From Candidatus Latescibacterota bacterium (lineage in GTDB: Bacteria > Latescibacterota > UBA2968 > UBA8231), in assembly GCA_965248265.1 (NCBI GenBank), contig CBDFJF010000001.1:1632001-1696000 (forward strand): 64,000 nucleotides of DNA, given 5' to 3'. The translations under genes were made by a program, and so were the position numbers. The notes beneath the pieces are model-generated. The model saw only the letters and a list, made by a program, of their open reading frames with translations. It was not told the origin of the DNA and searched no databases. Below are positions 50,419-60,270 of the stretch, one piece after another. Every line of letters starts with the position of its first letter. The first letter of the stretch is position 1.

Positions 50419-51279
50419 CTACTCCCCGTTGGATTCGGTGCTTGCGCTCGCCAGCGCCTCGCGCTTGCCCTGCCGGGTGGGCAAGTACTCGATCCTGCGC
50501 AGAAAACGTTCTCCGATATCGAAATCCGGCTGTCCCGAGATGTAGCGCCACAAACGCACGCGGCGCATGCACTCGTAGCGGTTCTCGCTCCCCGCATCCC
50601 AGCCGTGACTCTTCGACAGGATCCCATCGATTTCCGGATCGTCCAGGTCGGAGGTATCGAAGTTGCGGATCTGAGGTTGAGTCGGGTTCAGGCGCAGCTT
50701 GTACATGTAGCGATCCTGATCGGTGTGGTTGCTGCGAGCGCCGTGCCACACGCGGGTGTTCCACACGTACATCGTCCCGGCCGTGCAGCTCGCCCAGATC
50801 TTGCCCCGCATGTGTTGGTAGAAGGCGATCTCGTGGGTGCGTACGTTGCGAAACTGCGTACCCGGCATCAGGAAAGTGCCGCCCATCTCGTCCGTCGTGT
50901 CAGCAGGAAACAGGGACAGCTGGATGTCGAAGTAATTCTCACGGAAGTCGATCACCGAATCCTGGTGGGTGTTCGGTCCTATCATCTGATGAGCACCCAT
51001 GAAATGCGTGGCATGGTGGTCGTAGAGCGGATCCGGGCCAACCAGGGAGTGGATGAGTCCGTTCACCTGTGGCAAACGGAAGGCATCCCCCAGCGCCGTG
51101 CCCTTCGGCCAGGTTTCCTCGAAGGGCGTGCCGACGGCGAAATATCCCTTGCCCCTCCCCGTCTTCATCTCCTCCAGACAGGCCGCGGACAAATCTTTCG
51201 GTACCATGTCGTCAAACTTCAGGTAACCCGACGACACGAATTCGGCCATCTGCTTCGAATTCAATAGATGCTCACTCAT
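50419..51279 (-). CDS. PhyH-family Fe(II)/2OG dioxygenase
   Basis: FVSSGYL, THQD, MGGT..MPGT, VWHG. Confidence 0.85.
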   Translation of the reverse strand: MSEHLLNSKQMAEFVSSGYLKFDDMVPKDLSAACLEEMKTGRGKGYFAVGTPFEETWPKGTALGDAFRLPQVNGLIHSLVGPDPLYDHHATHFMGAHQMIGPNTHQDSVIDFRENYFDIQLSLFPADTTDEMGGTFLMPGTQFRNVRTHEIAFYQHMRGKIWASCTAGTMYVWNTRVWHGARSNHTDQDRYMYKLRLNPTQPQIRNFDTSDLDDPEIDGILSKSHGWDAGSENRYECMRRVRLWRYISGQPDFDIGERFLRRIEYLPTRQGKREALASASTESNGE

Positions 51280-51572
51280 GTCGTCACCTCTTCTTCTTCA
51301 ACCAGTTCATTGTATTTGGCCAGCACTGTCTGGTAGGGCAGCGGTCCGTCTTCGTAGGCATCGTCTGGCGTGCGCGGCGTCAATTCGGACATCTGGATGA
51401 CCTGCCAGCCGTCGCGCATTGCTTCCATGGCATTTCGGTAGGGTGGTTCTTCCTCGTCGACCAGATCGCGGATTCCGGTTCCTTTGGAGGCTTCGTACCT
51501 CGACCAGCCGATGGCCGCCGCGTCGAGCCCGGGGGTGGTCTGAAACAGCACCAGGATGTCTTGCACGGGCAT
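51276..51572 (-). CDS. small hypothetical protein coupled to PhyH
   Basis: 98 aa, PPY..AM.AM.DGWQVIQ; ATGA overlap with the PhyH start. Confidence 0.7.
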   Translation of the reverse strand: MPVQDILVLFQTTPGLDAAAIGWSRYEASKGTGIRDLVDEEEPPYRNAMEAMRDGWQVIQMSELTPRTPDDAYEDGPLPYQTVLAKYNELVEEEEVTT

Positions 51573-51983
51573 GGTATGACCTTGAAGGATGAGGGTTTGG
51601 TGATTCATTGCTTGCTGAGTGGGAGTGTGGAAAGTATTCAACCGCCCGCAACCGGGCAATCGGCCTCTTGTGCGATCAGAGCAGCGCCGACTGACCGCGC
51701 ACCGTTGCGCACGGCCGTTTGAAATGAGTGATCGCCTCCACGGCAATCAGCGGCAAATTGTGTTCTGGCAGAATACAGCTATGTTATGTGCGCTATATTT
51801 CCCGCAATAGTTGTGGGAATTTCAACGTTGGCAGTGGAGTCTGATCCAAGTAAGTCTCAAGTAGCATTCTACCCCGTAGATACCTACCTCGTAGCAGGTT
51901 CCTGCAACAGCCTGTCGAATTGATTCATACCTGATGGTGGCCCCCCCTCCAGCGCAATCGCACCAAACAAAAGGAAAATCACC

Positions 51984-52199
51984 ATGGCAGAACGAGAGAC
52001 CGGCACCGTCAAGTGGTTCAATGACGCCAAGGGCTTTGGCTTCATCGAACGGGCAAACGGCGCGGACGTTTTCGTCCACCACAGTGCCATTTCAGGGGAG
52101 GGATTCAAATCGCTCACTGAAGGACAGACGGTTGATTTCGAAGTCGTCCAGGGCGAGAAAGGCCCTGCGGCTGAAGGCGTTGCACCTGTTTCTCAGTAA
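51984..52199 (+). CDS. cold-shock protein (CspA family)
   Basis: [25 protein letters not shown]. Confidence 0.97.
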   Translation: MAERETGTVKWFNDAKGFGFIERANGADVFVHHSAISGEGFKSLTEGQTVDFEVVQGEKGPAAEGVAPVSQ

Positions 52200-52217
52200 A
52201 TAACAGCAGGACACCGG

Positions 52218-52257
52218 GGGGCGATGCGGCACGAACGGCCAGCATCGCCCCTTTTTT
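52218..52257 (+). terminator. intrinsic terminator after the cold-shock gene
   Basis: GGGGCGATGC...GCATCGCCCC followed by TTTTTT. Confidence 0.85.
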
Positions 52258-52258
52258 G

Positions 52259-52590
52259 TCATGACCACAATGCGCGCAGGCGGGGCAACAGGATTTCCGT
52301 CTCCTTGTCGTGCAACTCCCCTTCCCACCGGTCGTTCACTTCTCGCGTGCTGCGGTCGTAGGATGCCTGCATGACTTGTGGCAGGTCCAGTTGGTGGAAC
52401 CGCGCCACCAGATAGCCATCATCCCTCAACTGGATTTCGCGAAACCCCATGGGGTAGCCAATCAGGCAGGCTGTATCAACGATCAGGAAGTCGCGGAACA
52501 AGCGGATGCGATTCACGTGCCGGTGACCGGTGAAGATGGCGACGATAGCCGGCTCCTGAGTGACGGTTTCTATCAGCCGATCCGACCTTG
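52259..52590 (-). pseudogene. metallophosphoesterase C-terminal remnant
   Basis: IVAIFTGHRH...YPMGFREI (GHxH motif); no N-terminal motifs or start codon. Confidence 0.55.
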
Positions 52591-52604
52591 TTGGAGGCCC
52601 GGAC

Positions 52605-53261
52605 TTACTCGTCGCCTTCTGCCCGTTCGGCTAACAGTCTCTCCAACCGGGCCCGCGCCCTATCCGACGATTTCCCCTCGGGATGCTTCTTCAGGAACTC
52701 CTCGAATTCCTCGATGCTGCCACCATGAAAGAATAGGGCCAGGTCGAAAGGAGCCAGCGCGGCCATCGCCCTATCGGCGTACTTGCCAGTGGGAAACTGC
52801 TCGAGAAAACCCCTGTACGAATCCCCCGTGTTCATCTTCTCAGCCTGCACATAGTGCATCAACTCCAGCTTGTTCTGAGCCTCTTCGGCATGCGGCCCGT
52901 CTGGAAACCGCTTCAAGAAGTCCGTGACGGCCGCGATCGTGTTCTGCTTCTGTGCCCGCTTGAAGTTGTTGGTCTCCATCCGCGAGCGAGCTTCCGAGAT
53001 ATGCTCCGATTCCGGGAATTCCGCGATGAACCCGAGATAGGCCTCGTCGGTGTTTTTGCGTTTGGCTTCGATCCACTCCGAGTCCTTCGACCCACACGAC
53101 ATCATCAACACTGCCGTCATGCACACGACAGCCACAGTCGCACTGGCTCGCCAGGATTTAGGGATCGTCGTCCGCGCCCAAGCACCGGCGTCGGCACTGG
53201 CTATGGTATCAAGATTGGTCGCTGACAAGGTGGTCTCCTCTTGGGGTTCGATGTTGGTCAA
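52605..53261 (-). CDS. putative lipoprotein with four ~37-aa helical (TPR/BamD-like) repeats
   Basis: Lipobox-like LMMSC; repeat A...NT..[YVF]..FL..FP.G..A..A. Start uncertain. Confidence 0.75.
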   Translation of the reverse strand: MTNIEPQEETTLSATNLDTIASADAGAWARTTIPKSWRASATVAVVCMTAVLMMSCGSKDSEWIEAKRKNTDEAYLGFIAEFPESEHISEARSRMETNNFKRAQKQNTIAAVTDFLKRFPDGPHAEEAQNKLELMHYVQAEKMNTGDSYRGFLEQFPTGKYADRAMAALAPFDLALFFHGGSIEEFEEFLKKHPEGKSSDRARARLERLLAERAEGDE

Positions 53262-54127
53262 ACAGCCTGCGCGATCTGCACCGGCTGCCCGTCCGGGCCT
53301 CGCACGGTGAAGAGCCGTCTGCGAAGGTCAGTTAGGGGTTGTGTCTCGCTGGGCTTGCCATCGGTCTCGACCCGGTCCTTAATCGCCTGATAGTCGCCAT
53401 CCACGTCGTCGGACCAGAGCCCGAGTACGCGCACCGGGCCCGGACCTACCTCGTCCCAGGCCTGGCTCGTGGCCAGCTCGATGTCTGTGCCACCGATGGC
53501 GAAGGCGGCCTGCTCAAAGCCTGGTTCGACTGGCTTGCCCTCTTCCCGCTTGTTGTTGTAAAAGAATTCCTCCAACCCCAACGTCCGGGTGTAGAAGCTA
53601 CGCGTGGTTTTGAAGTTTGTACAATAAGTAGAGATGTGATCGATGCCGCCGAACAGTGCAGCGTCATCGTTCTCCATGCTGGCCATCGCCGCCTTGGCCG
53701 CCTTGCGTGCATCGTGGTGCGGCCGTGGATCGATGGTTTCGGATATCTGCAGGGTAAAGCCATTCGGGTCTGGCATGGTGAGCAGGGTCCGCTGCATGTT
53801 GCGGTGACCTATCTCGGTTGAATGCGGCGGAGCTCTGAACGGCACATCCCGGTCCTTCAATACGGCGTAGGTGGAGGTGATATCGTCGACGAACAGCGCC
53901 ATGTGATTGATCTCCGCCCGCGGTTCAGCTTCGTCATCACCCCTGCACGCACCCGGGTCCAACCGCATCTCCAGAACCGAAGGACCAATGCCAAAGCAAT
54001 ATCCCTCAACCCCGTCTCCATCAGGTCCGTGTCCGAGCTCGCGCAGACCAAGCCGGTCACCGTAGAACGATCGGTTGGCTTCCAGATCTCGCACTGCGAA
54101 GACAACATGCCCCAGTTGAGTGAGCAT
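53258..54127 (-). CDS. two-domain VOC/glyoxalase protein
   Basis: HVVFAVRDL..FY..LGL, DPNG, second IDHIS...FY..LGL, GPDG. Confidence 0.88.
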   Translation of the reverse strand: MLTQLGHVVFAVRDLEANRSFYGDRLGLRELGHGPDGDGVEGYCFGIGPSVLEMRLDPGACRGDDEAEPRAEINHMALFVDDITSTYAVLKDRDVPFRAPPHSTEIGHRNMQRTLLTMPDPNGFTLQISETIDPRPHHDARKAAKAAMASMENDDAALFGGIDHISTYCTNFKTTRSFYTRTLGLEEFFYNNKREEGKPVEPGFEQAAFAIGGTDIELATSQAWDEVGPGPVRVLGLWSDDVDGDYQAIKDRVETDGKPSETQPLTDLRRRLFTVRGPDGQPVQIAQAV

Positions 54128-54129
54128 TG

Positions 54130-55620
54130 CTATGACCTCCGTGGCTGGATGATCTGCGTACTGATCCGCGCCTCAGCCTCCTCGTCGAGGGGATACATTG
54201 GCCGTGTGATGGCCTTGTAGGGCAGCGACTTCAGGTTGGCACTCGTCGAACCCGGGCAATCGACGGCAACGATGCGCTCGCAGATCGCCTCGTAATGCGT
54301 GCGGAATCCGTTCGGGCTCTTGCATACGACCAGATCAAAATCGATCGGGTTCAATCCGCGCTCCTCGAACACTCGCCGCCCCATGATCGACACCGGGAAT
54401 TCCGTAACCATGATCGAGTTCGTTCCCGCTATCAGGACAGCCGTCTTGCCTGCCCGCGCCCGTGCTCCCGTCTCCTCGGTGAAATGCCCGTCGTGCAGGC
54501 TCTGCACGTAAACTTCACAGTCCACTGGTGAGTGCCGCTCTCGATCCACCGTGCCGCCTAGGGCAACGGTGAAGCGGCTCCCCACACCGTGGCGAAAGGC
54601 TTCTTCCACCGCAGGTGCGTCCACTAATGGTAACAAAGCCTGCTTCGGGAAACCGACTGCCAACAAACCTTTCAAGATCCAGTTGCTGTCCCCGGAGGCT
54701 CCGCTCGAAGTCGCGTCCGCGGCATCGGAGAACACGGTCATGCCTTCGGTCTCGCGGGCAATGGCAATCGCTTCTTCGACGCTGGTCAGCGGGGCTTGCA
54801 TCCGTGCCCGGTGCTCCCACATGAACTGTGCCAATTCCTCCGCCAATTCACACGCCCTTTCATCATCCCCGTCGCTGGTCACAATCACATTGCTCCGCAG
54901 CTGGGGCACATCGGTGAAGGGATTGCCGATATTGACGAGCGCCGACAGTCCATCGGGGGATGCCTCGAACTCCTTGCAGCGAGCCAGCGCTTTGCCGAAC
55001 AGACCGGTGGCCGTGATCAACTCGTCACCACGCACCAGCATCGGCAGCTTCACCTGCGCTACCACCGGATGAACCCCTCCTTTGAGCAGACGAACCAGGT
55101 TTCGGGCTGCCCGCTGCCCGGTCTCACGCATATCCACGTGCGGGTAGGTGTGCAGAGCGACCATGATATCAGAATTGGCTACCAGCCGGTCCGTCAGGAT
55201 CCCGTGCAGATCAAAGGAAGTGACGATCGGTTTTTCTCCAACCATGTCGCGAACCTGCTCGATGATCCGCCCTTCCGGATCGGGCTCCTCGACGCCAGCC
55301 ATGGCGCCGTGAAAGGCGATGTAGACTCCATCGACCTCTCGGTGAGCGGCCTCCACCGCTGCCAGCAACTCGTCCGTCATTCCGTCCAGGTCCGCTGCCG
55401 GCACCGGACCACCCGACGTAACCGAGCCGGCACCGTAGGTCGGCACCACCTCGATACCCTCCTCGGCGAAGACATCCAAACCGCCGGCCACGTAGGTGTT
55501 GGTATCTGCGAAGTGCTCGATGAGCGCCTCACCTTCAAGGATGGTGAAACCGTCGCGTTTCGTCAGCTGTGGATTGAAGTGCGAGGTCTCCTGCTCGAAC
55601 TCTACCAGCAGGACCTTCAT
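54130..55620 (-). CDS. M81 (MlrC-like) metallopeptidase
   Basis: QETSHF, FHGAM, DLHG, TYPHVD, D.AD, VCKS. Confidence 0.92.
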   Translation of the reverse strand: MKVLLVEFEQETSHFNPQLTKRDGFTILEGEALIEHFADTNTYVAGGLDVFAEEGIEVVPTYGAGSVTSGGPVPAADLDGMTDELLAAVEAAHREVDGVYIAFHGAMAGVEEPDPEGRIIEQVRDMVGEKPIVTSFDLHGILTDRLVANSDIMVALHTYPHVDMRETGQRAARNLVRLLKGGVHPVVAQVKLPMLVRGDELITATGLFGKALARCKEFEASPDGLSALVNIGNPFTDVPQLRSNVIVTSDGDDERACELAEELAQFMWEHRARMQAPLTSVEEAIAIARETEGMTVFSDAADATSSGASGDSNWILKGLLAVGFPKQALLPLVDAPAVEEAFRHGVGSRFTVALGGTVDRERHSPVDCEVYVQSLHDGHFTEETGARARAGKTAVLIAGTNSIMVTEFPVSIMGRRVFEERGLNPIDFDLVVCKSPNGFRTHYEAICERIVAVDCPGSTSANLKSLPYKAITRPMYPLDEEAEARISTQIIQPRRS

Positions 55621-56270
55621 TTACCGGAAATCTTGTCGAGCATCGAGGGAATCAACGGAAAGACCCAGCCGCGGTTGGTGATAATGTCCCTGGACAGGCT
55701 CGGCGGAATTGCCACGACGATCTCCGGCTCCAGTGAAAACCGGCCGGTGAAACCGCCGATCGCCGTCCGTGCATGCACACCCGCATAACCGCTTTCATCC
55801 TCCCCGCCGTCGCTGGCGTAATGACCGATGGCACCGCCGTACACATCCTGCCAGACCTTCGAATACCCGTTGGTGACGGCAGGTCCAGAGTTGAACTTGA
55901 CATCCGTCGATACCACCATCCCGAGCGCCTTCACCGTGTAGAGGACATCATTCAAATCTCCCTCCCCCCCGCAGGACAGCGTCCAGTGCAGGGTGCGCAG
56001 GTGGTGCTCCGCGCATTCGGCGGCCGCCGCCTGTCCGTGGGCGACCGTTTCCGGCACGTCCGACATTTGCATCTCGCCCTTGCCGACACCGGAAAGGTAT
56101 ACGAGTCCACTCTCGTGGACGATGGCTCCACAGATGTTGCGGCCCTTTAGGGAGACGACGTTTTCCTCGCGGGTGCCCAGATCGATTCCGAGTTCTTTTA
56201 TGCGATCGTAGACATCGAAGTCGCGTCTCAACTCCGCCGGTATGACGGATTCATCGTAGTGCTTGCCCAT
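55617..56270 (-). CDS. RidA/YjgF-like protein (divergent, long)
   Basis: LVYLSG, VTNGYS, HARTAIG; AGGAGG RBS. Confidence 0.7.
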   Translation of the reverse strand: MGKHYDESVIPAELRRDFDVYDRIKELGIDLGTREENVVSLKGRNICGAIVHESGLVYLSGVGKGEMQMSDVPETVAHGQAAAAECAEHHLRTLHWTLSCGGEGDLNDVLYTVKALGMVVSTDVKFNSGPAVTNGYSKVWQDVYGGAIGHYASDGGEDESGYAGVHARTAIGGFTGRFSLEPEIVVAIPPSLSRDIITNRGWVFPLIPSMLDKISGK

Positions 56271-56420
56271 CGTTTCTACGCCTCCTGGATTCGGTTCATT
56301 AGCACCCGAATACTACGGAAACCGGAGCCCGTGATCCAATGACGGCGTTGCCCCCAGAATCCCCTGACTTAGCTTTTACCCCTTGAGATAGGAATACACC
56401 GGAGTGCATGGGAGGACGAC

Positions 56421-57296
56421 ATGTTTCAGGAAGTGAAGGTAGCTGCCATCTCCTTCAAACCGAAGAAGATGGACATGAAATCGAATGCCGACCGGCTGGA
56501 GGCCATGTTCCGCGAGGCGGCAGCAGGTGGAGCTCAATTAGCCGTCGGCCCGGAGGGGGTTCTGGAAGGCTACGTCGTCAACGAAATCGTCGACGGCCAC
56601 TTGCCGGCACAGCGCATGAACGAGGTGGCTCTGACGATGAAGAGCGCCATGATACAGCGCTTTCGAGAGCTGGCGAGAGAGCTGGACATGTGTCTCGTCT
56701 TCGGATTGGCTGAGCGTATCGGCCGCAACATCTACAACTGTGCCGTGTTCCTGGATCAACGCGGGCGCTTGTGCGGCAAGTACCACAAGATGCAGTTGGC
56801 CGAAGGGAATCATCGATCCTGGTGGTGGAACCGACTGGGCAGGAAGAGCCGTGCCTTCAACACCCCGTTCGGTCGCGCCGGCATGCTGATCTGTAACGAT
56901 CGGTGGAACGCCGACATCGCCCGCATCCCCATCCTCGACGGGGCCCGCTACCTGCTCATTCCGTCTTTCGGCAGCTGCTCACGGGATCAGGACGAAGCGG
57001 TTCTGGCCAGGGCTCGCGAAAACGGCGTGCCCATTATCGAGGCCAACGTCGGCGTCACCCTCATCATCAGCCAGGGAGAAATCGTCGCCCTGTCGCGCAA
57101 ACAGACGGCGATCACGCACGCGACCATTGCCGTGCCCGCCGCGGCCTCCACCCGCAACCGGGATGACCATGAGAAGGGTTTTTTCGCCTGGCGCAAGAAG
57201 GAGATGGCCCTCAGGTACGCCAACCGGATGAAGAAACTGCGAGCCCCGGGTGAACAGGCCAGTCATCGACACGATCCATCCGGACGACCGGTGTGA
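56421..57296 (+). CDS. carbon-nitrogen hydrolase (nitrilase superfamily)
   Basis: Catalytic triad PEG, YHK, ICND; GGAGG RBS. Confidence 0.9.
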   Translation: MFQEVKVAAISFKPKKMDMKSNADRLEAMFREAAAGGAQLAVGPEGVLEGYVVNEIVDGHLPAQRMNEVALTMKSAMIQRFRELARELDMCLVFGLAERIGRNIYNCAVFLDQRGRLCGKYHKMQLAEGNHRSWWWNRLGRKSRAFNTPFGRAGMLICNDRWNADIARIPILDGARYLLIPSFGSCSRDQDEAVLARARENGVPIIEANVGVTLIISQGEIVALSRKQTAITHATIAVPAAASTRNRDDHEKGFFAWRKKEMALRYANRMKKLRAPGEQASHRHDPSGRPV

Positions 57297-57302
57297 TGAC
57301 TC

Positions 57303-57836
57303 TCAACCGGCGATAGAGGTCTCCGCCTCGTAGGTGATCTCGATCGTCGTCACTTCGCTCGACTCGGTGTCGTAGACGAAGAAGGTCTGGGCCCTGCCCA
57401 TGGCTGACAGCGTGCCGGGATTGGCCAGCAGAACTTCGCGGTCGCCGGCCTGAAGTCGCTCTTGATTGAGGGTGTGGTCGTGACCGTAAAACACGGCATC
57501 ATAGGCACCTGAGCTGGCGAGCCCGCGCGCCAGAGCGGGGTAGTGTTGCACGGCAATGCTCCGTCCCCCCAGTTCCAGCTCCGCCTTTTCGGCGCCGTGC
57601 TGGTGCAGGTTATCGCGGCCGAATCGGGTAGCCATCAGGAACGGATCGCCGTCGACGTTGCCGACTACCGTGTGGATCTCGCCACTGTAGTTCTGCAACA
57701 GATGCCCGAGCGTCAATGGCGCGCACATGTCACCGCAGTGGATGAGCGTTTTGATCTGCTTGTCCATCAGGTAGGCGCAGACCCGGTCGAGGGTCGGCCA
57801 ATTGTCATGGGTGTCGGAAATGATTCCAATCTGCAT
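57303..57836 (-). CDS. YfcE-type metallophosphoesterase
   Basis: SDTH, HCGD, GNVD, GHDH, NPG. Confidence 0.92.
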   Translation of the reverse strand: MQIGIISDTHDNWPTLDRVCAYLMDKQIKTLIHCGDMCAPLTLGHLLQNYSGEIHTVVGNVDGDPFLMATRFGRDNLHQHGAEKAELELGGRSIAVQHYPALARGLASSGAYDAVFYGHDHTLNQERLQAGDREVLLANPGTLSAMGRAQTFFVYDTESSEVTTIEITYEAETSIAG

Positions 57837-57884
57837 CCTGCCGCCTCCATCTACTATCGTGACTTGCCGCCTTCATGCATCGTA

Positions 57885-58295
57885 TCAGCGCGGATCCACG
57901 CGAAATCGCCCAATCGTGTCCTCGTTGAGTTCGAATCCCAGTCCGGGTCGCTCCGGAACCTCGATGGTACCGTCGGCGGCGACTTCGATCGCCGGATCCA
58001 GCAGCTCTGAGATGATCGGTGAATCGGGAAAGGCAATCGGCCGCCGCGCACCGAGCTAGGCTGCACCACATCGACCCGACCACGGGTCAACAAATCATGG
58101 AACTCGTGCCGGCCAGAAAACCCCCAGTCACCTACCGCGATACGGGTGTCACAGGCGGCGGCCAGCCTGGCGTAGCCCTCAACACTGTCGGCCGGCAGCG
58201 GTGCTTCCACGAAATAAGGACGGAACGGCTCAATCGCCAACCGCCTCTTCCGCCCCGCCGAACAGGCCTATGGTCTCTACCTTGGTGACTTTCAC
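57885..58295 (-). pseudogene. mandelate racemase/muconate lactonizing enzyme remnant with internal deletions
   Basis: RBS + VKVTKVETI | FVEAPL..D...IAVGD...DVVQP | DGTIEVPERPGLGFELN...*, in three frames. Confidence 0.75.
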
Positions 58296-58435
58296 TAATC
58301 TACTCTCCCGATTTTCGTATGAATAATCTAACTCCCAAATCGGGCTCGTGGTCAAGGGAGTCGAGCCTCGACATCCGGGCGGTTCCTCGGTTAGATTGGT
58401 CCATTCGACAGTGAACCCACCAAGAGGAGACCCCC

Positions 58436-59455
58436 GTGCCATACCATATGTACGTGTCGAATTCCGGCAGTGATTTCCTGTCTCATTTTGTCATGGACGA
58501 GCACTCCGGCGCCCTGGAACCGCAAGCTGACATCACCCTGGACGGATCACCCGGAGCGGTAGCTATCAATGCCGGCCAGACCATCATGTATGTCTGCCAG
58601 CGTTCGCCGATCAAGATCGTCAGTTATCGCGTTGACCGGACATCAGGAGCCCTGACTCAGATCGGAGTCACCAACCTCGACGAAGGCCCTCCCTACATTG
58701 CCATGGACAACACCGACCGCTTCCTGCTGTCCTCCTATTACGGGGGCGCCGGTGTCGCCGTGCACGGGGTCGAAGATGACGGAACATTGTCGTCCGAACC
58801 TCTGCAGTGGCTGGATACGGAGATCCACTCTCACAGCATTCAGACCGACCGCTCGAACCGTTTCGTCTTCGTCCCACACACCAATCCGACCAACGCCATC
58901 TATCAGTTTCGCTTCGATGAGAGCAGCGGACGCATCGAGCCGAATGATCCGCCGAAGGTCGAGCCGGACACCGAGGAGGGCCCGCGGCACTTCGCCTGGC
59001 ACCCAGGCAAGGACCTGCTGTACTCGGTGAACGAGAATGGCAACACCGTGTCGGCTTTCCGCTTCGACCCGGAGTCGGGCACCCTTCAGGCATTCCAGCT
59101 CATCGGCACCCTTCCCGAGGGCGTGGATCCGAAAGGGCCCGGACTGTCGACGGCGGAAATCAGGATAACCTCGAACGGCTGTCACCTCTACGCCTCAAAC
59201 CGCGGACACGAGTCGTTGGCGCTTTTTGATATCAACGATGACGGCACGCTGAGTGCGGTAGATTGCTATCCGACCGAGCCGACGCCCCGCTTCTTCGAGA
59301 TCGACCCGACTGAAGGCTACGTCTATTCCGCGGGGCAGAACACGGGACGGGTGGTGTCCTACCGCCGGGATGCTGACAGTGGCGTTCTGGAGATGCTGGA
59401 GCACTACCGGGTCGGCGAAGCCCCGCTATGGATCCAGTTCGTGAAACAGGATTGA
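58436..59455 (+). CDS. 6-phosphogluconolactonase-like beta-propeller lactonase
   Basis: HSHSI, GPRHF, YSVNE, AEI, YASNRG, PRFF; AGGAG RBS. Confidence 0.88.
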   Translation: MPYHMYVSNSGSDFLSHFVMDEHSGALEPQADITLDGSPGAVAINAGQTIMYVCQRSPIKIVSYRVDRTSGALTQIGVTNLDEGPPYIAMDNTDRFLLSSYYGGAGVAVHGVEDDGTLSSEPLQWLDTEIHSHSIQTDRSNRFVFVPHTNPTNAIYQFRFDESSGRIEPNDPPKVEPDTEEGPRHFAWHPGKDLLYSVNENGNTVSAFRFDPESGTLQAFQLIGTLPEGVDPKGPGLSTAEIRITSNGCHLYASNRGHESLALFDINDDGTLSAVDCYPTEPTPRFFEIDPTEGYVYSAGQNTGRVVSYRRDADSGVLEMLEHYRVGEAPLWIQFVKQD

Positions 59456-59472
59456 GGCCGGACGGTGAGTCC

Positions 59473-60234
59473 TCAGCTGGCGCGGGCGATTGGCTTGGCC
59501 ATGGCCCGGATACGCGAGTCTTCGTGGTTGACAAAAGCCTCATGCGGTTCGAACACGGCAGCGCTGTAGCGTTCCAGCGAGGCGAGGTGATGCTCCGATG
59601 ACGGGCGGGCGGTGAATTTGAGCGCGATGTAACGCCTCCGCTCGCCACCCCCGAACTGGGAGTGCCACATCATGTGATTGAACAGGATGACGTCCCCCGG
59701 TTCGGATTCCAGGCAGACACAGGGAATATCCTGCGGGGCCAGGCCGAACGGCTTGGCATCGGGATCAAGCTCCTGAGGTCCCAACGCCTTGTGATACGGC
59801 ATCCTGTGCGATCCGGGAATCACCCGCAGGCAACCGCTGTCCCTGGTTACCGTCTGCAGATAGATCATCACCTTCATCTGGGCGAAATCGGCAAACCGCT
59901 CTTCGTCGGGGTTGTAGTACTTGCGATCCGGATGCCACTTGATTTGGCTTAAACCGCTGATGTTTCCCTCGGAACCCGCCCAGACGAAATCCGGCCCCAT
60001 CAGCTGTTCGACCGCCGGGTAGATGCGCTCGTCGATCACCAGCTGGCTCAACGCCGGATGGCGCTCGACGAAATGGTTCAACCGCTGCTCGCCGTCCTGC
60101 TGCGGTGGCGGATTGGCCTCCCACACCTCTTCCGCAGCGCTGATCAATGCAGCCATCTCACCGGCGTTGAATGCCTGCCGGAGAAACAGGAAGCCAAAGG
60201 TGTCGAAGTACGCCAGCTGTTCCACAGTCAGCAT
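59473..60234 (-). CDS. PhyH-family Fe(II)/2OG dioxygenase
   Basis: FDTFGFL, WHPD, GCLRVIPGSH, PGDV, WHS. Confidence 0.9.
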   Translation of the reverse strand: MLTVEQLAYFDTFGFLFLRQAFNAGEMAALISAAEEVWEANPPPQQDGEQRLNHFVERHPALSQLVIDERIYPAVEQLMGPDFVWAGSEGNISGLSQIKWHPDRKYYNPDEERFADFAQMKVMIYLQTVTRDSGCLRVIPGSHRMPYHKALGPQELDPDAKPFGLAPQDIPCVCLESEPGDVILFNHMMWHSQFGGGERRRYIALKFTARPSSEHHLASLERYSAAVFEPHEAFVNHEDSRIRAMAKPIARAS

Positions 60235-60270
60235 GTGAATGCCATTTTCATCTCGTTACTGTTTTCTCGG

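Noticed and set aside
54130-55620. Microcystin degradation cluster
   Set aside because: M81/MlrC homologues are widespread and there is no mlrA/B/D here.
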